NCBI GenBank assembly: GCA_964383765.1
Contig: CAYLHT010000004.1
Coordinates: 3,539-67,538, forward strand
Source: an uncultured Gammaproteobacteria bacterium
Lineage (GTDB): Bacteria; Patescibacteriota; Patescibacteriia; SBBC01; CAIJZX01
Length of the DNA stretch: 64,000 nucleotides
Direction: 5' to 3'
Of the stretch, positions 57,518 to 64,000 are shown one piece after another (the first letter of the stretch is position 1; each line of letters opens with the position of its first letter). The notes beneath the pieces were generated by a model that was given only the letters and a program-made list of their open reading frames with translations, made no database searches and was not told the DNA's origin. The position numbers and the translations under genes are program-made.

Positions 57518-58083
57518 AAGGTCCTGATGTAGGTCCAGATCATTTTCACCAAAGTGCGTTTCGAGTGATCGAGGGTGCTAATGACCGCTAGATCGTCGCC
57601 GAGAACGTCCTGACGTTCGTAGCGAGTCACCATCCGCTTGACGACTGCCCGAAAGTTGAGGTAATAGGCCGGGGACAACATACCCGCCATGATCACGAGG
57701 TGGTGGAGAAGGTACAAGCTGACCAATCCCACCAGCATGAAGATCAGACCAAGAGACCAAGCCGGAGTATTCGGCATCCAGTGTTGGATTTGGGACGCGA
57801 GCAGTTTCGGCAGGACCAGCACGATCACGATCAAGCTGCCGTTGAAACTCAGGTGATCGAGCCGCTTATCCAAGACTTCAAGGTCCGTTACATCATCCAG
57901 GAGTTTGACCAGTCGTTCCCGCTCTTCATACGACCGATCTTCTTGGTCGATTGAGAAGGCGAGGCTGAGGTCACGGACGATGGTGTACGTCATCCACCAT
58001 GGTGGCGGCCACCGCTTGTTACGATATTCAAGCACGAAGTAACTGACGTGTTTCGGAAACCGGTACGGTTGCGGCATGATCAC
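57508..58083 (-). CDS. Hypothetical integral membrane protein
   Basis: 191 aa, 3-4 hydrophobic helices. No domain recognised. Confidence 0.4.
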   Translation of the reverse strand: MIMPQPYRFPKHVSYFVLEYRNKRWPPPWWMTYTIVRDLSLAFSIDQEDRSYEERERLVKLLDDVTDLEVLDKRLDHLSFNGSLIVIVLVLPKLLASQIQHWMPNTPAWSLGLIFMLVGLVSLYLLHHLVIMAGMLSPAYYLNFRAVVKRMVTRYERQDVLGDDLAVISTLDHSKRTLVKMIWTYIRTFRQ

Positions 58084-58188
58084 CTCCCTAGGGTCAAGGT
58101 GCGACGGTCGGTCAGACCTTATCTACTTTTTCCACTCAGGTCAAGACAGAAAGAACGCCCATGGTTAACCCAAGGACGTCCGCTCAAA

Positions 58189-58407
58189 CTAGTGCCCCAG
58201 CTGGGGCAGAAGGTGCGCCGCACCACTCAGTACAATCCCCAGTCCGAAGACCAAGGGAAGTAATGCGAGTGGTCCGAACCGACGTCCGGAAAATGCGACG
58301 AGCACGAGCACGCCTCCGATGACCATCATCCCATACGACTGGGTGAACGCCAGAATTGGCGCGAGGTAGGAAGCCGTTTCTATCGTGACTGGGCCGATAT
58401 GCAGCAT
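58189..58407 (-). CDS. Small hypothetical membrane protein
   Basis: 72 aa, two hydrophobic helices. Confidence 0.3.
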   Translation of the reverse strand: MLHIGPVTIETASYLAPILAFTQSYGMMVIGGVLVLVAFSGRRFGPLALLPLVFGLGIVLSGAAHLLPQLGH

Positions 58408-58490
58408 AGGTCCTTGGATTAGGACTGGCTAAGTATTGGTGATGTGAAGGTGCTACTCCGAAACGAAAAGGAAAGGACTCTACCTCTACC

Positions 58491-58516
58491 TGAAAAATCC
58501 GTCAAGGCTCTGACGG
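58491..58516 (-). terminator. Intrinsic terminator downstream of 58533..59339
   Basis: Minus-strand CCGTCA-gagcct-TGACGG followed by ATTTTTCAGG. Confidence 0.45.
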
Positions 58517-58532
58517 TGGAAAACTAAAGAAT

Positions 58533-59339
58533 TTAGCGGCCAGCAGCGTTTTCGGCTTGGATATCGGCTGGCGTGCCTGGTTGGTAGGTATCGATGTGTT
58601 TCAACCAATTCATCACGACCTGTTCGACATCATTATCGGTCGCTGCAAATGGCAATTTGATGAGCATGCCGACGTTCGCGTTTGAGATGAGCATCGAGAT
58701 GCTCCAGCTTTTCGTAGCGAATCTATCGGCCTCAGTCCCCTTCAAGTCATCCCACGATTTGGTCACAACATTGTCTACTCCGAGCTTGGAAAAAGAACTG
58801 TACTGCGTATTCCGATTGTACCCGGCGAAATTTTGATTGGCTGGTTCACGAAAAATTTTCGCGATGCTTTCAGTCGAGGCGTAGTCATGGGCCGCCGCCG
58901 ATGTATCCACAAAGGTATGGAAGGAGAAACTCGCGTCGGCCCACGCCGAGTTCGGCGACGAATCAAAGTTACTCATGGTCGGTGAGTTGTAGACTTGGGT
59001 TGAATCCTTGTCCTCGGAGGTGACCGAAAAATTCTTGCTGTAGCCTCCCTGATCAAGGTTCTTGTCAATTGAGTATGGCCCATACACCGCCGGCAAGTCC
59101 GTCGGTTGAAAATCAAGTTGTTCCAGTTTACCTTGGAATTTTCCGGGGTCACCAGCCGGCGGGACGTTAACATTACCAATCACTGCCCCGTTTACCAGAC
59201 TTAATCGGTTGGCATTCGTGGTCCGTTGTTGAGCGTCCCGAATGGCGTTCGGTAAATCAATCAGCTGCCAAATGATAATGGCAGTCACAACGACCGCGAA
59301 CCCGATGCCGATCAGGAGCCCTTTTTGTTTTTGTTCCAT
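58533..59339 (-). CDS. Hypothetical secreted protein with an N-terminal signal anchor
   Basis: 268 aa. N-terminal TM helix, then a Ser/Asn/Thr-rich region. No known domain. Confidence 0.4.
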   Translation of the reverse strand: MEQKQKGLLIGIGFAVVVTAIIIWQLIDLPNAIRDAQQRTTNANRLSLVNGAVIGNVNVPPAGDPGKFQGKLEQLDFQPTDLPAVYGPYSIDKNLDQGGYSKNFSVTSEDKDSTQVYNSPTMSNFDSSPNSAWADASFSFHTFVDTSAAAHDYASTESIAKIFREPANQNFAGYNRNTQYSSFSKLGVDNVVTKSWDDLKGTEADRFATKSWSISMLISNANVGMLIKLPFAATDNDVEQVVMNWLKHIDTYQPGTPADIQAENAAGR

Positions 59340-59351
59340 TAGTGACGCCCG

Positions 59352-59945
59352 TTAGCCGAACATCACATCCTCATCCGCCCGTTTGTAATCGTGAATTTCT
59401 TTGGATGTGAACCAGAGTTCAATTTCGTAGGCCGCTTCTGCCACATTTCCAGAGGCATGCACGAGATTATGGACCGCCCGCTTTTGTTGGTTAGCGAGAG
59501 CTGGGGAGTCGATGGAGTGGTCACCCCGGATACTGCCTGGATCGGCAAACGATGGCAACGTATTTCCCGTAATCATGCGAACGTTATCGACGCTGTGAAT
59601 ACCTTCCAAGACCATCGCCACCACCGGGCCCGAAGTCAGAAAATCACGGTTCCATTCGTTAATCATCCGACCAATTTCGGTTGGATCTTTCGTGCCGAGG
59701 ATTTGAATGGCGTCCAAACCATATTTCTCATAGGTCTTCAGCGACTTTTCGCCCATGGCGGTCAACAATTCTGTCCGGCTGTCGGGATAGTGTTTGGCGA
59801 CATGCTGCTTCGTGACCCAAACCATTTTCATAGCCACGATTTTCAGGCCGGCCTTTTCAAAGCGGTGGGTGATTTCGCCGACCAGTCCGCGCTTGACGCC
59901 GTCGGGTTTAACCAAAACTAGTGTGCGTTCAATGAGGTGGTTCAT
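59352..59945 (-). CDS. ndk: Nucleoside diphosphate kinase (long form with insertions)
   Basis: TLVLVKPDGVKRGLVGEI N-terminus and NLVHASGNVAEAAYEI active-site His region. 197 aa. Confidence 0.7.
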   Translation of the reverse strand: MNHLIERTLVLVKPDGVKRGLVGEITHRFEKAGLKIVAMKMVWVTKQHVAKHYPDSRTELLTAMGEKSLKTYEKYGLDAIQILGTKDPTEIGRMINEWNRDFLTSGPVVAMVLEGIHSVDNVRMITGNTLPSFADPGSIRGDHSIDSPALANQQKRAVHNLVHASGNVAEAAYEIELWFTSKEIHDYKRADEDVMFG

Positions 59946-60331
59946 ATTTTTTGTCCTAAGACTTGACGAACTTTCACCACGACTTCCGCGGGGGTGTGGT
60001 TGGCTTTCACAAAGTAATCAACCGCACCAAGTTGTTTCCCCTTCTTGACGTCTTCGTCTTGGCCGAGGTTGGTCAGGAGAATGACTGGGATATTTTTGGT
60101 GCTGGCGTTGTCCTTCAGCATCTTCAGGGCGGCGAAACCATCGAGCTTCGGCATAATCACATCCAACAGAATGATGTCTGGAATAAAGGTCTTGGCTAGA
60201 TCGACGCCGGCTTGGCCGTCGTAGGCTTTCTGCGCGTCAAAACCTTCCATCACGAACTTCGTCGTGTACATGTCTGCCAGCATTTTTTCATCCTCCACCA
60301 GCAGCAGTTTAACTTTCTTGTCGGTAGGCAT
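59942..60331 (-). CDS. Stand-alone response-regulator receiver (REC) domain protein
   Basis: LLLVEDE...DIILLDVIMPKLDGF...K, CheY-like with no output domain. Overlaps the ndk start by 4 nt. Confidence 0.7.
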   Translation of the reverse strand: MPTDKKVKLLLVEDEKMLADMYTTKFVMEGFDAQKAYDGQAGVDLAKTFIPDIILLDVIMPKLDGFAALKMLKDNASTKNIPVILLTNLGQDEDVKKGKQLGAVDYFVKANHTPAEVVVKVRQVLGQKI

Positions 60332-60371
60332 CTGAGTTCAGGCTAGCACATTTTCACCTGTTTCGCAACTT

Positions 60372-61859
60372 TCACTTTATTTCTGGGCGGCGGGTGTGCC
60401 AATCCGTTATTTGTTGGTAGGCGTAGCCGGCGCGGAACATGGTGGCTTCGTCCCACTCATTCGCCATCAGTTGAATCCCAACCGGTAACCCATCAACAAA
60501 TCCACCCGGTAATGACATGGCCGGAATGTTAGCTAAATTTGCGGGGACCGTCAGCAAATCCGCTAAGTACATCGTTAGTGGATCCTGGGTTTTTACGCCC
60601 AGGGCGAAAGGGAGGATCGGCGAAGTCGGTGTGAGCAGGATATCGACGTGCTTAAAGGCTTGCGCAAATTCACTACGCAATAAAGCGCGGACTTGAGTGG
60701 CTTGATGATAGTAGGCGTCAGTGTAGCCGGCCGATAACGCAAAGGTGCCGGTCAGGATGCGGCGTTTCACCTCGGTACCAAAACCTTGGGCGCGGGTGTG
60801 GTGATAAATGTCATTCAAACTCCGGCCGTCACGGACCGAGAGTGGGTAGCGGATACCGTCATAGCGTGCCAGGTTAGAACTGGCTTCGGCGGGTTGGATA
60901 ATGTAGTAGGTGGCCAAAGCCTCAGGTGCGTGTGGAATGGAAACCTGACCAATCTTGGCGCCTAGTCCTTCAAATGCTTTGGCCGCCGTCTGCACAACCT
61001 CAGCCACCTTTGGATCGACGCCAGGACCAAAAAACTCTTTGGGGAGTCCGATCTTCAACCCGGCCACGGATTGGGTGATTGATCCGCTCACATTGCCGAC
61101 CTCGCGGTCACTGGTAGTCAGATCATTCTCGTCCTGGCCGGCGATGGTTTGATAGACACTCGCGGCGTCTTCGACCGTTCGAGCAAACGGACCAATTTGA
61201 TCGAGTGATGAGGACAGAGCGAATAAACCATAGCGCGAGACTCGGCCATAGGTTGGCTTCATGCCGACGACGTTGCAAAAGCTGGCAGGTTGGCGGATTG
61301 ATCCGCCGGTGTCAGAACCGAGTGCGATCGTCGCCAGATCGGCCCCCACGGCCGCCGCCGAACCACCCGACGACCCACCCGCGACTAATTCATGATTCCA
61401 AGGATTCCGCGTCGTTTGAAAGGCTGAGTTCTCGGTGGAGGAGCCCATGGCGAACTCATCCAAATTTGTTTTGCCGACCACAATTGCGCCGGCGGTTTGC
61501 AAGCGTTCAACCGCAGTCGCCGTGAATACCGCTTTGTAGTGTTCAAGAATTTTTGAAGCCGCGGTTGTGATTTCTCCATCCAGACTCAGGTTGTCCTTAA
61601 TTGCGACGATTGCTCCTTCCAATGGCCGAGGTGATTCCCCATTGGCCAGGCGTTGATCAATCTGAGCCGCTTCAGTTTCGGCGGCTGATCGGGTACGCAA
61701 AAATGCACTCAGCTGCCGGTCGTGTTTGGCAATCTTGACGAGTGATCCCCGGACGAGTTCGACGGCGGAAAACGTTTTGTCGACTAGGCCTTTCTGGATT
61801 TGCCCGAGTGTCAGAGAGTCCAGTCCCATGGTTATGAAAAGACGCCGGTTACCCGCCAC
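60372..61859 (-). CDS. gatA: Glutamyl-tRNA(Gln)/aspartyl-tRNA(Asn) amidotransferase subunit A
   Basis: Amidase signature GGSSGGSAAAVGA. 495 aa. Confidence 0.85.
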   Translation of the reverse strand: MAGNRRLFITMGLDSLTLGQIQKGLVDKTFSAVELVRGSLVKIAKHDRQLSAFLRTRSAAETEAAQIDQRLANGESPRPLEGAIVAIKDNLSLDGEITTAASKILEHYKAVFTATAVERLQTAGAIVVGKTNLDEFAMGSSTENSAFQTTRNPWNHELVAGGSSGGSAAAVGADLATIALGSDTGGSIRQPASFCNVVGMKPTYGRVSRYGLFALSSSLDQIGPFARTVEDAASVYQTIAGQDENDLTTSDREVGNVSGSITQSVAGLKIGLPKEFFGPGVDPKVAEVVQTAAKAFEGLGAKIGQVSIPHAPEALATYYIIQPAEASSNLARYDGIRYPLSVRDGRSLNDIYHHTRAQGFGTEVKRRILTGTFALSAGYTDAYYHQATQVRALLRSEFAQAFKHVDILLTPTSPILPFALGVKTQDPLTMYLADLLTVPANLANIPAMSLPGGFVDGLPVGIQLMANEWDEATMFRAGYAYQQITDWHTRRPEIK

Positions 61860-62110
61860 CAGTGCTCCAAGCGATCAGGTGCCTGGGCCAGGATGGCTTC
61901 AACGCTTGGGCTTGGCTGAACGACATCATCGCGATTAGGCTTGCTCGCCGGCCGATCCGTATGTTGGTCGGAAGTTTTGACCTGCGCGAGTTGACCGACG
62001 TATGCGATGATCTTTGGAAGCTGTTCGGTCAAATGACGTGCTTCGTCCGCAGTCACGTCGATCCGTGCCAACTGTGCGAGTGTTTTGACCCGAGATGAAT
62101 CCTGGCTCAT
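61832..62110 (-). CDS. gatC: Amidotransferase subunit C
   Basis: VKTLAQLARIDVTADEARHL...QLAQV is typical of GatC. 92 aa. Overlaps the gatA start. Confidence 0.75.
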   Translation of the reverse strand: MSQDSSRVKTLAQLARIDVTADEARHLTEQLPKIIAYVGQLAQVKTSDQHTDRPASKPNRDDVVQPSPSVEAILAQAPDRLEHWWRVTGVFS

Positions 62111-62116
62111 AGCTAT

Positions 62117-62145
62117 AGTCTACGCAGCTTTGTCGTGATTGACAA
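62117..62145 (-). promoter_or_regulatory. Sigma70-like promoter for gatCA (-35 TTGTCA, 17-nt spacer, -10 TAGACT), implying a very short or leaderless 5' UTR
   Basis: Read on the minus strand: TTGTCA-atcacgacaaagctgcg-TAGACT, then ATAGCT-ATG. Confidence 0.35.
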
Positions 62146-62375
62146 GCATTCGGGGTTCACTCTCTGCGGGTCAGGTCATTGATCATTCCCGCACTCTCCT
62201 GATGCCTATGATGAGACAAGGCTTGGGGTTCGGCCGCGCTGCGAGCACAGCTGAGCCTCAGTCATCGTGCGGGATTTTCTATCCGCCTCGGGAATCGCAT
62301 GCGGGCGATGCCAACAGAGAGAATGGGCGGATATCCCGACGCAGGAGGGATATACATTATTAGTTTCGTTGGGTC

Positions 62376-64000
62376 TCATTTCTTGAGCAGTGCTGCGAAT
62401 GCTTTTTCGTCCAAAATTTTTACCCCGAGCGATTTCGCCTTGTCAGCCTTCGAACCCGGTTCGGCGCCGACCACCACGTAACTCGTTTTTTGGCTGACCG
62501 CTGAGACAGCCTTCCCCCCGGCTTGGCGAATCGCGTCTTCGGCTTCTTCTCGGCTCATCGACTCAAGCGTCCCGGTCACCACGACACTTTTGCCCTGGAG
62601 AGGGCCGCCGGTTGAACCTTGAATTTTCGTCGCAGTCACAAAGTTAGCTAAGCGTCGGACAGCCTGACGGTGTTGCCGATCCTCGACGTAGTCAGCAATG
62701 CTCGCGGCCACGACCGCTCCAATATCTGGCACGGCGGAGAGTTGATCAACCTGAGCTTCTAGAAATTTTTCTAATGTTCCAAAATGTTGAGCCAGGGTTC
62801 GAGCGGTTTCTTCGCCGACGTGACGGATGCCTAATCCAAAAATAAACCGGTCGAGCGGCACGCGGCGACGCGCTTGAATCGCTTCAATCAGCTTGACAGA
62901 TTTTTTTTCGGCGAAGAGCGGCAGGCCGATCAACTGTTCGGTCTTCAGCCTGAAGAAGTCTGAGGGTTCATGCACCAGGTTTTCATCGACCAGCGTGTCA
63001 ATCGTGCTTGGTCCTAATCCATCAATGTCGAAGGCGTGACGAGAAACAAAATGATACAAATGTTCGCGTTGACGGGCCGGGCAATGCCGGTTGGGGCAAT
63101 AGGTAATGGCCTCACCCGATTTTTTTGTGACCGCGTGACGACAGACCGGGCAGACCTTCGGCATTGACCAGGCTTTGGCTGATGTCGGTCGTAAACGCTG
63201 AATCACTTCAACCACTTCCGGAATTATGTCGCCGGCTTTCTGGATAATGACCGTGTCGCCGATACGCACATCCAAGCGCGCAATTTCCTCGGCGTTGTGG
63301 AGCGTCGCGCGGCTGACCGTTGTGCCGGCGACTTGCACCGGTTTGAGATGAGCCACCGGTGTCAATGCGCCGGTCCGGCCGACTTGGACCACGATATCTT
63401 CGACCACGGTCGTGGCTTGTTCCGCCGAAAATTTCCAGGCCACGGCTGCCCGCGGCGATTTTCCAATCAAACCCAAGTCCTGATAGAGTTGGCGTGAATT
63501 CAGTTTGACCACGACGCCGTCAATCCAAAATGGTAACTGCTCACGTCGGGCATGAATCTGGGTATGGAACTTGGCCACCGCTGCCAGCGACGCACAGACC
63601 GCGGCCCGGGGATTCACCGGAAGACCAAGTTTTTTGAGGAGCTCATAGCTGCCGGATAATGACGCTTGTCCTAGATCCGTCACCAATTCCCAAGCGAAAA
63701 AGTGCAGGGTCCGGCCGGCCGTCACTTTCGGATCGAGTTGTCGGATACTGCCGGCCGAGACATTGCGGGGGTTGGCGTAGGTGGGTTGGCCGGCTTTGAT
63801 CTGACGTCGATTCAGGGCCTCAAAATCTTTTTTAAACATCACGACCTCGCCCCGAATTTCAACCGTCCCAGAAGTCACTATCTTCTTCGCGTCAGTGGAG
63901 AGATCCTGAGTGCGCAGGCGCAGTGGAATCGCTTCAATCGTCTTGATGTTTTGGGTCACGTCTTCCCCGACTTGACCGTCGCCCCGCGTCGCGGCTTGAA
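62376..64000 (-). CDS. ligA: NAD-dependent DNA ligase LigA, 5'-truncated by the window edge
   Basis: EIRGEVVM adenylation-domain segment, C4 zinc finger CPVC...C...C, HhH repeats, and C-terminal BRCT KSVVVTGTLESMSREEAEDAIRQAGGK. The N-terminal ~150 aa, including the KxDG motif, lie beyond 64000. Confidence 0.8.
   Translation of the reverse strand, partial: QAATRGDGQVGEDVTQNIKTIEAIPLRLRTQDLSTDAKKIVTSGTVEIRGEVVMFKKDFEALNRRQIKAGQPTYANPRNVSAGSIRQLDPKVTAGRTLHFFAWELVTDLGQASLSGSYELLKKLGLPVNPRAAVCASLAAVAKFHTQIHARREQLPFWIDGVVVKLNSRQLYQDLGLIGKSPRAAVAWKFSAEQATTVVEDIVVQVGRTGALTPVAHLKPVQVAGTTVSRATLHNAEEIARLDVRIGDTVIIQKAGDIIPEVVEVIQRLRPTSAKAWSMPKVCPVCRHAVTKKSGEAITYCPNRHCPARQREHLYHFVSRHAFDIDGLGPSTIDTLVDENLVHEPSDFFRLKTEQLIGLPLFAEKKSVKLIEAIQARRRVPLDRFIFGLGIRHVGEETARTLAQHFGTLEKFLEAQVDQLSAVPDIGAVVAASIADYVEDRQHRQAVRRLANFVTATKIQGSTGGPLQGKSVVVTGTLESMSREEAEDAIRQAGGKAVSAVSQKTSYVVVGAEPGSKADKAKSLGVKILDEKAFAALLKK

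Overview
This window looks like a compact, moderately GC-rich bacterial chromosome segment, probably from a CPR/Patescibacteria-like lineage. A near-complete S10-spc-alpha ribosomal protein superoperon runs on the minus strand from rpsJ through secY, adk and map. It lacks L30, has a Zn-type S14, and carries C-terminal extensions on L22 and S19 and an N-terminal extension on L23. The str region (rpsL-rpsG-fusA-tuf) is interrupted by inserted genes. Other housekeeping genes present are scpA/scpB, an AspRS lacking the GAD domain, gatC/gatA, a partial ligA, dnaB-ybaB-recR, tgt, rpmB, rplU, ndk, an Nramp transporter and an MgtA-type P-type ATPase. Two tRNAs are present: tRNA-Lys(UUU) and tRNA-Pro(GGG).

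The most interesting feature is a ~3.8 kb island at 48.3-52.1 kb with a markedly higher GC impression than its surroundings. It carries three plus-strand genes with strong Shine-Dalgarno sites and its own intrinsic terminators: an unknown 247-aa protein, a MORC/Hsp90-like GHKL ATPase (Bergerat motifs present) and a ParB/Srx/DGQHR-fold protein. I propose it as a candidate uncharacterised conflict or defence cassette, or alternatively a mobile-element partition module.

Smaller observations: a second GC-rich two-gene module and an AT-rich HEPN-like gene flank tRNA-Lys; a small high-GC gene sits near tgt; a 3-copy MITE-like palindromic repeat family occurs in intergenic regions; a 14-bp perfect inverted repeat brackets a 141-nt spacer between scpA and scpB; and a GCTAA-repeat motif recurs immediately 5' of three start codons. 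There is also a 1169-aa surface protein with an HExxH zinc-protease motif and tandem Ig-like repeats.

No CRISPR array, rRNA or integrase was seen. Coordinates of non-ORF features are hand-derived and may be off by a few nucleotides.
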